IMG/VR virus record: IMGVR_UViG_2974736276_000001 | Coordinates: 96,001-160,000 of that record | DNA from: a virus | Lineage: Duplodnaviria; Caudoviricetes | DNA length: 64,000 nt | Strand: one strand, 5' to 3' | In this document: positions 39,503 to 48,122 of the stretch, in pieces | How the letters are laid out: every line of letters begins with the position of its first letter | Numbering within the stretch: the stretch's first letter is position 1 | The notes under the pieces: generated by a model | Databases searched by the model: none | The model's input: the letters and a program-made list of their open reading frames with translations, nothing else | Told to the model about the DNA's origin: nothing | Program-made: the position numbers and the translations under genes

Positions 39503-39705
39503 AATACTTCCTTAGTTGTTCTAACAACTCGAACGTCAGACCATTTATCGAGACCTTGTTCTTTGTTATGATAGAAAATTTTAACTTTTTGCACTACTTC
39601 AGCGAGAGTGCGATTAGTGGCAATTGCTTGCCATTTCAGTGTTTTTGAATCCTGCAGATAAAATTCAAACGATACTTCATCTGCAAATTGCTGAGTATCA
39701 ATCAT
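39469..39705 (-). CDS. Hypothetical protein
   Basis: 78 aa; ATGA coupling. Confidence 0.65.
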   Translation of the reverse strand: MIDTQQFADEVSFEFYLQDSKTLKWQAIATNRTLAEVVQKVKIFYHNKEQGLDKWSDVRVVRTTKEVLCTNLVLASQR

Positions 39706-39935
39706 AAAAATTTCCTTTGAATTTTCACTTCCACAAGTTTAACTGTACCAAACACAGTTTGACACTTTAACCCAACCATGAAGTCTCGGTCTTTTACAGC
39801 AACTTCTTTAGTGAGACCTTTACGATGGAGTTTCCAACCTTCAGGTATATCGGTCCAATTACCCTCAGCTGGAGTTTTATAATAAATGTACATGTCGTAC
39901 AAAGTTTCATTTTCAATGATTTCTAAATTTTTCAT
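39702..39935 (-). CDS. Hypothetical protein
   Basis: 77 aa; ATGA coupling. Confidence 0.65.
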   Translation of the reverse strand: MKNLEIIENETLYDMYIYYKTPAEGNWTDIPEGWKLHRKGLTKEVAVKDRDFMVGLKCQTVFGTVKLVEVKIQRKFL

Positions 39936-40129
39936 AGTGAACTCACCAATTCAATTTCTTTAACCAAGAAAACTTTATAAGCATCATAAAGATCTTCATC
40001 ACCAATATTTTTACTTAGACTCTCAAACTTGCGATACATCTCATCAGCCGAATGTTCACTGAGATAATAGCGAATTTCTTCCCACACATGATTGGAACGA
40101 ATACGCCCTTTAATTCGATAAGTAATCAT
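39932..40129 (-). CDS. Hypothetical protein
   Basis: 65 aa; ATGA coupling. Confidence 0.65.
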   Translation of the reverse strand: MITYRIKGRIRSNHVWEEIRYYLSEHSADEMYRKFESLSKNIGDEDLYDAYKVFLVKEIELVSSL

Positions 40130-40296
40130 AGCTTATCCGCATACGTTGGAAGTTCAAAGAAATCAGAAGCATCCAGTTCATAATGGACAAACGCTAATGA
40201 TGCTTGGGTGTTCGCTGAAACGATTTCAACCATCGGGTTCTCAATCATTGAGCGTTCAAATTTGCGAGCTTCTGACATAGGTACACGAATTTTCAT
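40126..40296 (-). CDS. Hypothetical protein, 56 aa (not in ORF track)
   Basis: MKIRVPMSEARKFERSMIENP...YADKL; AAGGA SD; ATGA coupling. Confidence 0.6.
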   Translation of the reverse strand: MKIRVPMSEARKFERSMIENPMVEIVSANTQASLAFVHYELDASDFFELPTYADKL

Positions 40297-40297
40297 T

Positions 40298-40456
40298 TCA
40301 TTTTCCTTTACATAATTCTACTGTTGCATAAACAAACATAGCGCCTACACTGTAACTCGAGATGAATTTTTTCAGAAAAACTGCTAACTCACTATCAATA
40401 TTAAAGATGTATAAAACTACCCACACAATAGCTAAAAATATATTAAAAATCGGCAT
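40298..40456 (-). CDS. Small membrane protein, 52 aa (not in ORF track)
   Basis: GAGG SD; MPIFNIFLAIVWVVLYIFNIDSELAVFLKKFISSYSVGAMFVYATVELCKGK. Confidence 0.55.
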   Translation of the reverse strand: MPIFNIFLAIVWVVLYIFNIDSELAVFLKKFISSYSVGAMFVYATVELCKGK

Positions 40457-40486
40457 AATATTTTCCTCAAAGGAGACCCGAAGGTC

Positions 40487-40852
40487 TCAGTTCAATTCAT
40501 TAAGTTCCATAAGAACATCTTTAACGAATTCAATCTCTTCAGTAGTTGCACCAATACGAGCAATCTGAGTGCGAGTCCAAACTCGGAAAAGCGTATCTTT
40601 ATAAGAACTAACATAAGATGGATGAGAACTTAAATCACGTTCACGAACATCATCGTCTGAAGTGATTTTGAAAACTCCAGCTTTAGCCTTTACACCCAAG
40701 GTCAAACCAGATTCAAACTGGATGTGTGCTTCATTTTCCAGTTCATACCAATGGACCTGAGCAACAGCACCATCACGATGGACATGAACCTGGATGTAAT
40801 CATCAATAGAAAGAGAAGATGGTTTTACGTACTTAGTAGTGAAAGTTGACAT
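40487..40852 (-). CDS. 30.7: gp30.7-like protein
   Basis: 121 aa; FESG.T...FKI..DDD.R.RDL..HP. Confidence 0.75.
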   Translation of the reverse strand: MSTFTTKYVKPSSLSIDDYIQVHVHRDGAVAQVHWYELENEAHIQFESGLTLGVKAKAGVFKITSDDDVRERDLSSHPSYVSSYKDTLFRVWTRTQIARIGATTEEIEFVKDVLMELNELN

Positions 40853-40888
40853 TTTATTCTCCGTTACTCAATTTGTTTTGGTAGGGTT

Positions 40889-40918
40889 ATAGTATTACAC
40901 CATAACCCTGTTGTACAC
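40889..40918 (-). promoter_or_regulatory. Early promoter with flanking inverted repeat
   Basis: GTGTAC-N18-TACTAT. Confidence 0.7.
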
Positions 40919-40922
40919 AACT

Positions 40923-41273
40923 TTATGCATTTTTTGTCCAAAAGTCCAAATCAACAACACCTTTGGCTTTCATTGATTCAATCAAGTTCTCAGCCCGAGT
41001 GCGAGAGTTTTCGTACCAGACGTGATCACCATCTTCGTAAGACTCTTCACGAATACGACCACGAATAGAAGTGTTAAGCTGATACACTTCACCAGTGAAG
41101 AAATTGGTAAGAACAATGTAGTATTCATTGTCATCCGATGGACCATCTGGAGTCATGCATTCGATGAAGTCTCCTTGATAAGATTTCAAGAACCACATTG
41201 TTTCTTCGACAGTTTGGCGTTTGTAACCGTCATGGTCAGCACATTTGATAGTTTTGTTAAGATTGATTTTCAT
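40923..41273 (-). CDS. 30.8: gp30.8-like protein
   Basis: ETMWFL...NFFTG..Y.LNT.I.G.I...RAE.LIE.MK..G..D...W. Confidence 0.8.
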   Translation of the reverse strand: MKINLNKTIKCADHDGYKRQTVEETMWFLKSYQGDFIECMTPDGPSDDNEYYIVLTNFFTGEVYQLNTSIRGRIREESYEDGDHVWYENSRTRAENLIESMKAKGVVDLDFWTKNA

Positions 41274-41312
41274 TTTATTCTCCGTGGGTGTTTGTTTTTT
41301 TGGTACAGTGCT

Positions 41313-41341
41313 ATAATAACAAACTGGGAGAGAAGGTACAC
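41313..41341 (-). promoter_or_regulatory. Early promoter
   Basis: GTGTAC-N17-TATTAT, downstream of a terminator. Confidence 0.6.
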
Positions 41342-41364
41342 AGTTTTGTGCATAGAGTAGAAAT

Positions 41365-41394
41365 AAAAAAAATGGGACTCCAAAAAGGAGTCCC
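41365..41394 (-). terminator. Terminator after 30.9
   Basis: GGGACTCC-TTTTT-GGAGTCCC A TTTTTTTT. Confidence 0.85.
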
Positions 41395-41401
41395 GATAGG
41401 A

Positions 41402-41596
41402 TTACTTAGCTCGAGCTTTACGCTCATCTTCGCGAACAGTCTTTGGCTTGTACGCTGAAGCCGCAATAGCTTTACGAGCCAGACGTTTGAGCTGTGCACC
41501 CAATACGTCTACACGCTTGTTTGATTTGCGTTTGTAACCAGCGCGTTTGGAGGTACCAGTCACTTCTTTAACTGCTTTTACTTTAGCTTTTGCCAT
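41402..41596 (-). CDS. 30.9: gp30.9 small basic protein
   Basis: KAVKEV.GTSKRAGYKR.SN.R motif; Lys/Arg-rich. Confidence 0.85.
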   Translation of the reverse strand: MAKAKVKAVKEVTGTSKRAGYKRKSNKRVDVLGAQLKRLARKAIAASAYKPKTVREDERKARAK

Positions 41597-41599
41597 TTT

Positions 41600-41915
41600 G
41601 ACAAATCCTCAATAGAGGTGAATAAGTGGCGACACGTTCTTCTCATGTTTACATGAGTTGTATTCGCCGAAAGGCCTCGAAGGCTACGGAAGGTTTCGAA
41701 CTTTTTACGTGAAGATAACCTACAACGTCCACATCATACGTTACCCATGCGTACACACGGTGTACGCATGAAATATACAATCTCTTATCTGTTGCTCACC
41801 GTTAGCCTAAAGGGTCCGGGACTGATTACTCAGGGAATAAGATACACACCAATGAATGTGTAGGCCATGAGGAGCACTCCCGATTAGTCATTGCCTCAGG
41901 GTGTCATGCACTTGC
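41600..41915 (-). ncRNA. Candidate structured non-coding RNA or leader between rIII and 30.9
   Basis: ~330 nt without a long ORF; many nested inverted repeats including an 11-bp perfect stem at 41746-41770; TATAAT at 41918-41923 on minus strand. Confidence 0.5.
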
Positions 41916-41928
41916 CGATTATACAAAA

Positions 41929-42177
41929 TTACTTCAAAGTCACTACAAAATGACGTACTGCTTTATGAGCTGAACTACACAAAGGTTTTGCATATTTCAA
42001 TTCATCTAACTGAAGCAGATCAACTTCCAAAGCTTTCTGAGTAGGATTCAGATGTTTGAAATATTGAAGAATGTCCAGTACTGCTGCTTTTACATCGATT
42101 GATGCACCCAGATTCTCGTGGCCAGCGTTATAAGCTTTACGCTGAATTGAAATTACATACTTGATAAGATCTTGCAT
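41929..42177 (-). CDS. rIII: Lysis inhibition accessory protein RIII
   Basis: 82 aa; GHEN.GASIDV, YFKHLNP, ELKYAKPL, KAVRHFVVTLK. Confidence 0.95.
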   Translation of the reverse strand: MQDLIKYVISIQRKAYNAGHENLGASIDVKAAVLDILQYFKHLNPTQKALEVDLLQLDELKYAKPLCSSAHKAVRHFVVTLK

Positions 42178-42272
42178 TAAAGAAGCCTCAAATGAGGTTA
42201 GTAAAAAGGTGGAGCCTTGAAACGCATTTTGTTCAACGCATCTCCACCAACCTGTAAGTTATTCTTACAATA

Positions 42273-42599
42273 CTATTTATACACGCAAGAAAGTGACTTA
42301 TAGTGGCATGTCACGAATTTTTGCTTAATTTCTTTCGCTTTTTTAACGCCCAAAGCAACAGCAGGATGAGTAACATTGCGAACATTTCCTACTGGCAGAG
42401 GAGTCAAATCGCCGATTTCAACAAATCCGGCAGGAACATCATCACCAATAGCATAGATCTGGCACATATCTGGTAATTGGCCTTGAGTTTCTTTACCAAG
42501 AATAATACCGCCAGCAGACTGAATTTCATCGCCTTGCTGAGGTGGTTCAGAAACCAAGATTACATATTCACCAAGAGCTTTAATAGGAAGGTCTGACAT
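42273..42599 (-). CDS. 31: Co-chaperonin gp31 (GroES analogue)
   Basis: [25 protein letters not shown]; start reassigned to MSDLP. Confidence 0.95.
   Translation of the reverse strand: MSDLPIKALGEYVILVSEPPQQGDEIQSAGGIILGKETQGQLPDMCQIYAIGDDVPAGFVEIGDLTPLPVGNVRNVTHPAVALGVKKAKEIKQKFVTCHYKSLSCVYK
42274..42281 (-). promoter_or_regulatory. Late promoter for rIII
   Basis: TATAAATA on minus strand overlapping the gene 31 stop. Confidence 0.7.
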
Positions 42600-42628
42600 A
42601 AAACACCAACGTTGTTTAACATGTAGTA

Positions 42629-42655
42629 ATAATAACATCCTTGTCATTAAGCATA
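42629..42655 (-). promoter_or_regulatory. Middle promoter for gene 31
   Basis: ATGCTTAA-N12-TATTAT. Confidence 0.65.
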
Positions 42656-42985
42656 TTAGCTAGCGAGTTGAACCAGATGCTCAACTTTAACACCGTTAAC
42701 TGAAATTAGTTTATCGATGCTGAATCCACGCCAAGATTCAAGTTCGGTATCAAACACTGGAACCATATCTACAGCTTCTTTACGAGCTTTTTTCGGGTTA
42801 ACATAGTTCTCATATTCGGATTCACCAATGACTTCAGAGATAATATCTTTGTCGCGAGTACCTTTCAGTACACGAACAGTACCGTCAGCTTTTTCGAATA
42901 CGATAGTAGTTGTACCATGAGACAGCTTAGTTTTCAGCAGTTCACGAATAGATACTTTTTGGGTTTCAGTTAATTTAAGAGTCAT
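42656..42985 (-). CDS. 31.1: gp31.1 (SH3/WYL-like fold)
   Basis: [17 protein letters not shown]...[16 protein letters not shown]. Confidence 0.88.
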   Translation of the reverse strand: MTLKLTETQKVSIRELLKTKLSHGTTTIVFEKADGTVRVLKGTRDKDIISEVIGESEYENYVNPKKARKEAVDMVPVFDTELESWRGFSIDKLISVNGVKVEHLVQLAS

Positions 42986-43020
42986 AATTTATACCTTTAG
43001 TTAGTTTAGAAAGTTGATAA

Positions 43021-43590
43021 TTACTCAACACCGCAGAAATTATCAATGTTATGCCAGTTTAATTTATTCAATGAATTCTTAGACACATTGAATACCTCAA
43101 CACCGGAATTCTTTAGAATTTCGTCCCAGCCGGGAACATTACGATCGTATGTTTCACAGTAAACCAATTTCTTAATACCAGACTGAGCAATTGCTTTAGC
43201 ACAATCAGGACATGGAGAAAGAGTTACATACATCGTGGCACCTTCAATAGAAGAGCCTGTTCGAGCAGCGAACAAAATAGCATTTAGTTCAGCATGAATC
43301 TCGTTCTTTGCAGACCAAGCAGAGTGAGCAGCTCGATGTTCTGAAAGTAAACCTACCTTGGAAATCTGCAGTCCTTCTTGACGAAGACCAGTTCCAGTAG
43401 GTTTACGCTGTCCAATCCAACCTTGTTCAGCTGCATGGTCACAGCAGTTAACACCACCCGCTGGAGAACCATTATAACCTGTGGAAATGATGCGACCATT
43501 TTTCTCAATGACTGCACCGACTTTCCAAGAGCAGCATTTTGATTCCTGAGAAATCAGATATGCAATCTGTAGAAATGATGTCGCTTTCAT
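43021..43590 (-). CDS. cd: dCMP deaminase
   Basis: KVGAVI, TGYNG, HAELNAI, SPCPDC zinc motifs. Confidence 0.97.
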   Translation of the reverse strand: MKATSFLQIAYLISQESKCCSWKVGAVIEKNGRIISTGYNGSPAGGVNCCDHAAEQGWIGQRKPTGTGLRQEGLQISKVGLLSEHRAAHSAWSAKNEIHAELNAILFAARTGSSIEGATMYVTLSPCPDCAKAIAQSGIKKLVYCETYDRNVPGWDEILKNSGVEVFNVSKNSLNKLNWHNIDNFCGVE

Positions 43591-43934
43591 TAAATCACCA
43601 AATAGGTTGTTCGTTTAGTAGATAACAATTTTAAACCATCAATTGGTTCAGCAATCGTCTGTGTAGTACCGATGTCAATAAAATGACCATCCGGGAATCG
43701 TTCTTTCTTGTCAGAGAACACCCAACCTGCGGAACGTTTACCTACTTCTACTGGATAAAGAGGACTTGATACAAGAATAGCATCATACTCTTCACCAGGA
43801 ACCATGCATACAGCATGATCGCTTTCAAGAACTTCTTTCACACGAACCGCAGAATAATCAGTCATGAAACCGTGAATATCGAGTTTAACGATCTGAATTA
43901 ATTTAGCTTTTAGTTCATTCATATTAAGCACCAT
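43590..43934 (-). CDS. Hypothetical protein (cd.1-like)
   Basis: G.VFSDKK.RFPDG..I motif; position next to cd. Confidence 0.7.
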   Translation of the reverse strand: MVLNMNELKAKLIQIVKLDIHGFMTDYSAVRVKEVLESDHAVCMVPGEEYDAILVSSPLYPVEVGKRSAGWVFSDKKERFPDGHFIDIGTTQTIAEPIDGLKLLSTKRTTYLVI

Positions 43935-44151
43935 AGACAGAAATAGTTTCTATTTTACTTTCATTGTTCAGAAAAATAGAATATGATTCCTTTCCATTTG
44001 GTTTGTTGAGTGTAATAAGATAGTTCACTGGTCCTTCTTGTTTCAAAGAAAGAGACACACCAACAGTGTTAATCTTATCGATAAATGCCTGAGCAAATTC
44101 TCTAGCTTTAGTATGAAATTCGTCAGGAGTATAAGTCTTATCTGAAATCAT
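43924..44151 (-). CDS. Hypothetical protein
   Basis: 75 aa; coupled ORF. Confidence 0.65.
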   Translation of the reverse strand: MISDKTYTPDEFHTKAREFAQAFIDKINTVGVSLSLKQEGPVNYLITLNKPNGKESYSIFLNNESKIETISVYGA

Positions 44152-44465
44152 TCACCATCCTCTGCTGTATAGTCTAAGGCGTCCCAAACGATTCGAGAAT
44201 AAATGTAAATCGGATCATCCGTTTCACCAGAAAGATTCATTTGAACCTTGCACTTAACTTCGTAGCTACTCGGTTCAACAGTTACGATAATATCATAACC
44301 TTGACATAAAGCAGTTAGAGCCTGATGAACTTCGTTGGTTACGTTATCTGTGAATTCTTCAAGACTTTCAAAAAGATGGTTGTAGAACACAGTACGAAGA
44401 ACGAATTCAACTACTTCACGATTTGTCGGTGCTGCATCAACTAAAATACTAGTGGTCGTTTCCAT
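44148..44465 (-). CDS. Hypothetical protein
   Basis: 105 aa; GAGG SD. Confidence 0.65.
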   Translation of the reverse strand: METTTSILVDAAPTNREVVEFVLRTVFYNHLFESLEEFTDNVTNEVHQALTALCQGYDIIVTVEPSSYEVKCKVQMNLSGETDDPIYIYSRIVWDALDYTAEDGE

Positions 44466-44677
44466 TACTTTGTTTCCTCAAGATAGTTCATTAAGAATTC
44501 TTCTGCTTCTTCGATAGTAAACCACCCACCGTCTAAAGCATCTTCATTTTCATAATCACGCACATCAATACCGACTACATTCGGATCTTCGCCCGGGAAT
44601 ACTATAAACAGGAATTCTTTCTTGCGCTCGATAAGAGCGCAGAGATCATAGATGGCTGTTAAGTCAGAAGTCGCCAT
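44465..44677 (-). CDS. Hypothetical acidic protein
   Basis: ORF overlapping pseT end; start at 44677 or 44698. Confidence 0.6.
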   Translation of the reverse strand: MATSDLTAIYDLCALIERKKEFLFIVFPGEDPNVVGIDVRDYENEDALDGGWFTIEEAEEFLMNYLEETK

Positions 44678-45557
44678 GGTCAACCTGCCAGCATTCAATA
44701 CCCAGACGACGCCACATTTCGACTACTTGATTACGGTCATCGACAGCCAAGACTACATCATAGTTTTCAACGATTTCATTCCAGAAGATTTCTTCTTTAA
44801 TAATATCATCTTTGCGTGAATCGCCTTGCTTACGCTGGAAGTGTGCATCGTAAGGAACACCGTTCTCTTTCAGCCAAGCTGCAGTCATATCATAGTAGCG
44901 AGTAGGTTCTTGTTTAGTACCAGACTCACGACCAGACACTGCCAAGATTTTGTAACCTTGCGCTTTATACAGCTTAGCTAATTGAACGACCATTTCATTT
45001 GGAACGTCTTCACCACACTTCTCTAAGTCATACGGAGAGCGATTAGCCATCTTAGCTAAGGTACCATCAAGGTCAAACACTACAGCCTGAGGACGCTTGT
45101 CGTAATCATCAGGATTGTACGGAGTGACTTCATAGTCCTTATACATACGGCGAAGAACATCAATTGGTACAGCTTTAGTTCCGCGGCGTTCATTACGTTT
45201 TACAAGTTCAGTCCATGGAACATGAAAGTCTTTACGACAGAACTTATAGCCGTTATCAATTGCAAAGTTATACCAAGTCTTGAACGTGATCGGATTCAAG
45301 TTGGTGTCTGCAATAATAACACCTTTAGTTCCTTCAAGTGCCATCAGACCAGCAGCAGTATTCATCTGTGCAATTGAAACAGATTTCTCTTTCTGTTTAG
45401 AATAACGATATTCATCACGAGCATCATGACCAAACAACTTCTCGCGGAAATCATCACGAGAAACAATAAAATAGCCTGGGTTGGTTTTAACAAACTCATT
45501 TGCCCAGGTGCTTTTACCTGAGCCAGGACATCCGACAGTCACATACAATTCTTTCAT
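44664..45557 (-). CDS. pseT: Polynucleotide 5'-kinase/3'-phosphatase
   Basis: GCPGSGKST P-loop; FDLDGTLA HAD motif; VSGRE; VDDR. Confidence 0.96.
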   Translation of the reverse strand: MKELYVTVGCPGSGKSTWANEFVKTNPGYFIVSRDDFREKLFGHDARDEYRYSKQKEKSVSIAQMNTAAGLMALEGTKGVIIADTNLNPITFKTWYNFAIDNGYKFCRKDFHVPWTELVKRNERRGTKAVPIDVLRRMYKDYEVTPYNPDDYDKRPQAVVFDLDGTLAKMANRSPYDLEKCGEDVPNEMVVQLAKLYKAQGYKILAVSGRESGTKQEPTRYYDMTAAWLKENGVPYDAHFQRKQGDSRKDDIIKEEIFWNEIVENYDVVLAVDDRNQVVEMWRRLGIECWQVDHGDF

Positions 45558-45712
45558 TTCACCAGCCTTTTCAAATAATTCTCAAATTTTTCTTTTGCTT
45601 CATTATACGCAACACCGCTTCCCCAATTTTCGGGTCTTTGCAAGAAACTATGATAAAGAACCTGAAGATCATCAGCCATTTCTTTGATCTTATTTGCTTG
45701 ATGTTGCGTCAT
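45554..45712 (-). CDS. Hypothetical protein, 52 aa (not in ORF track)
   Basis: MTQHQANKIKEMADDLQVLYHSFLQRPENWGSG...; ATGA overlaps at both ends. Confidence 0.6.
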   Translation of the reverse strand: MTQHQANKIKEMADDLQVLYHSFLQRPENWGSGVAYNEAKEKFENYLKRLVK

Positions 45713-46440
45713 TTCACTAGTCCTTTAATAAGATCAGTGAATTCATTGCTGGTTTTAATATAAGTTGTTGAACCACTAAAGCTCACAGGAATTAGAGCTT
45801 CATTAACAAGATCAATAATTTTTGCAGCAGTTTCTGGCGTCAAGAACTCTTCAGGGCCGTTATTATCTACTTCTTCATAGATGTCCAAGAAACCGTTAAT
45901 TGAAGGAGCCTTATTAGTTTGATACACGATTTCTTCTGGCAAAATACATCCAGGCTTTAAGATTGCAAGTCGAACAATATGACCATTTTTAACACTTAAA
46001 GGAATCACTTCAGGCTTTTTAGATTCGTCTTTAGAGTTAATACCATAGACAGCGAGCTTCCAAACGGTATTACGAACGAACAGATTTTTAACAACCGATG
46101 TACTAACGCTAAATTTACCGGTACGATTAGTACTGCGAAGTTTATATCGCTTATTGCAAATTGTTTCATTGATGAATTTGTCTTCCTGATTAAAGAGAAG
46201 ATTCCATCGATCAATACTCATGAATTCAGTTGGAGGAAAATTAAAGCGTTTGCTTGAGCTAAAACCAGTATTAACACATACTGATTCAATATAAGTGATA
46301 CCATCATTACCTTTATAAGTTCCGGCAATTGAATAGCGATTAGTGGTGTCTTTCTTGTTTTTATCCAAGAAATCACGGAAGGACTGAGATACTACTAATG
46401 CAGCAAGATTTGCAGTTTGACCTTTGAATACGTATTTCAT
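45709..46440 (-). CDS. Hypothetical protein
   Basis: 243-aa ORF. Confidence 0.7.
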   Translation of the reverse strand: MKYVFKGQTANLAALVVSQSFRDFLDKNKKDTTNRYSIAGTYKGNDGITYIESVCVNTGFSSSKRFNFPPTEFMSIDRWNLLFNQEDKFINETICNKRYKLRSTNRTGKFSVSTSVVKNLFVRNTVWKLAVYGINSKDESKKPEVIPLSVKNGHIVRLAILKPGCILPEEIVYQTNKAPSINGFLDIYEEVDNNGPEEFLTPETAAKIIDLVNEALIPVSFSGSTTYIKTSNEFTDLIKGLVK

Positions 46441-46442
46441 AA

Positions 46443-46862
46443 TTATTTTCTCATTCCAGTTTTCATGAAGTTAATAAAAGATTTGCGAGTGTGATCAAAT
46501 TCCTCTTGTTCATACCATGGCAAACGACTGCGAACTTTATAGACAATTTTATCATACTCTTCAAATCGACGAATTAATTCTTCACGATCAGTTTTACCAT
46601 CTTCACGAAAAAGCAAATACCAATCAGTTTCTGAAATATATCCGCCACCTGTGCAAAGATGATATTCCATATCAATGGAACCACCAATGACCTTTACAAC
46701 ATTTATAGAAGTTTCACCATTAGGTGCATGATAAAATCCAGTAGGAATGTATTTGATCGCAGCTCCCGCGCCTTGGTGGGCAACTAGAAAATCATAGAAT
46801 GCTTTATCTTTGATTTTACGGAGAACACTTTTACCCTGGAAGAAATATTCTTTATTCAGCAT
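46443..46862 (-). CDS. Hypothetical protein
   Basis: 139-aa ORF; N-terminus resembles that of 45709-46440. Confidence 0.7.
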   Translation of the reverse strand: MLNKEYFFQGKSVLRKIKDKAFYDFLVAHQGAGAAIKYIPTGFYHAPNGETSINVVKVIGGSIDMEYHLCTGGGYISETDWYLLFREDGKTDREELIRRFEEYDKIVYKVRSRLPWYEQEEFDHTRKSFINFMKTGMRK

Positions 46863-46906
46863 ATAATCACCATTAAAATTTATTCATCCCATGAGACCCG
46901 AAGGTC

Positions 46907-47203
46907 TCATTTTGCTTCTTTGACTTGACAAGTTGGTTCTTTCAGATTATTTCGATAATAGCATAAGACATCATGAGTATCCTTTGTATAACGCTTTACG
47001 TCACCTAAGAAACCAGTAAAACCTTGAAACTGATTATAAGGCAGTCCAACGTATAGCGAACCATCAACATCAATCACTTTCCAATCACCTTGGAAAGTCT
47101 GTACAGCATCAGGCCATGATGGGTCCAGGCGTTCAGCTTGTACTGGTGTTTTTTCTGCACTGCACCCAACTAACAGGAGGCAGAGAGCTATCATTGCTTT
47201 CAT
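46907..47203 (-). CDS. pseT.2: Outer-membrane spanin (Rz1-like lipoprotein)
   Basis: Lipobox LLVGC; PSWP; LCYYR..LKE..C. Confidence 0.88.
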   Translation of the reverse strand: MKAMIALCLLLVGCSAEKTPVQAERLDPSWPDAVQTFQGDWKVIDVDGSLYVGLPYNQFQGFTGFLGDVKRYTKDTHDVLCYYRNNLKEPTCQVKEAK

Positions 47204-47556
47204 TTTGTTGCCCCGCTGATATCAGATAACAATTGGTTAACAGTTGCATTGATTTGCTTTTCAGCTGCAGCTGTATCTTTTTTAGCTTCAGGCTCAGACA
47301 GTTTTCCAACTTTATCTTTAAGTGCCTGAAGCTCTGCGCGATTATCTTTGCGATTACTGTCAAGTGTCTGTAATCCTAAGACATCAGACTTTATGGACTT
47401 GAGTTCATTCGCTTGATTCGCGATTGTTTGTTGTTGGGCATCTACAGTGAGTTTCAATGAGTCAATCCTATTGGACTGAACATACATATAACCACCTACA
47501 CCCAGAACTAGAGCTAACACAATGTAGCTCATGTATTGATTTATGAATGCGAACAT
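47200..47556 (-). CDS. pseT.3: Inner-membrane spanin (Rz-like)
   Basis: N-terminal TM helix plus coiled coil, directly upstream of the o-spanin. Confidence 0.85.
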   Translation of the reverse strand: MFAFINQYMSYIVLALVLGVGGYMYVQSNRIDSLKLTVDAQQQTIANQANELKSIKSDVLGLQTLDSNRKDNRAELQALKDKVGKLSEPEAKKDTAAAEKQINATVNQLLSDISGATK

Positions 47557-48050
47557 AGCTTAATGATTGTCTCTACGATCGCGTCTTTTTCGATGCCGTT
47601 GATCAAAATATGACGCGGTGAATCAGAGTACGAAATGCGATAGCAAGTATCGACTTCTTCTGCTAACTCACTTGAGCTCATGGAAGCATGCATAATTCCA
47701 AGACGATGCTTTCCATAGATTGGGTCAACAGTGATGTACAACTTATGACCATTCAGATGAACGTTCGGCTGAGTCAAGTTAATGAACACATCAGCGTCAT
47801 ATTTCGCTAACTGATTTTCGAGATATTCCTTCATTTCGTTTACTGCTTCAGGCATTGCATCACGGCGAGCTTCTGTCACACGATCAGTGTAATCTTTTTG
47901 CTTACGACGTTTCTTTTGGTCTTTAGCAAAAGCAGTGCGAAGATCCGTAAGAAATCCTACAGTCTTTCCGCCGTTAAAGACACAGATGCCATCGTGACGA
48001 TCGCCGTATTTCTCTACCAACATTTCGTTGGTGATAAGTTGCATATTCAT
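47541..48050 (-). CDS. alc: Alc, terminator of transcription on cytosine-containing DNA
   Basis: MN.QLITNEM.V..YG..HDGI.VF.G, LTDLR, VFIN.TQPNVH. Confidence 0.9.
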   Translation of the reverse strand: MNMQLITNEMLVEKYGDRHDGICVFNGGKTVGFLTDLRTAFAKDQKKRRKQKDYTDRVTEARRDAMPEAVNEMKEYLENQLAKYDADVFINLTQPNVHLNGHKLYITVDPIYGKHRLGIMHASMSSSELAEEVDTCYRISYSDSPRHILINGIEKDAIVETIIKLCSHS

Positions 48051-48080
48051 GTTGTTCTCCTCAGTTTGGTTTATGTAGCT

Positions 48081-48109
48081 ATACTAACACATCCTGAGGA
48101 GATGTAAAC
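48081..48109 (-). promoter_or_regulatory. Early promoter for alc
   Basis: GTTTAC-N17-TAGTAT. Confidence 0.75.
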
Positions 48110-48122
48110 AGTTTTATGAAAA

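Noticed and set aside
41597-41928. tRNA, CRISPR array or protein-coding explanation of the rIII-30.9 gap
   Set aside because: No cloverleaf or repeat-spacer pattern is visible; only tiny ORFs (e.g. MAYTFIGVYLIP) with no other support
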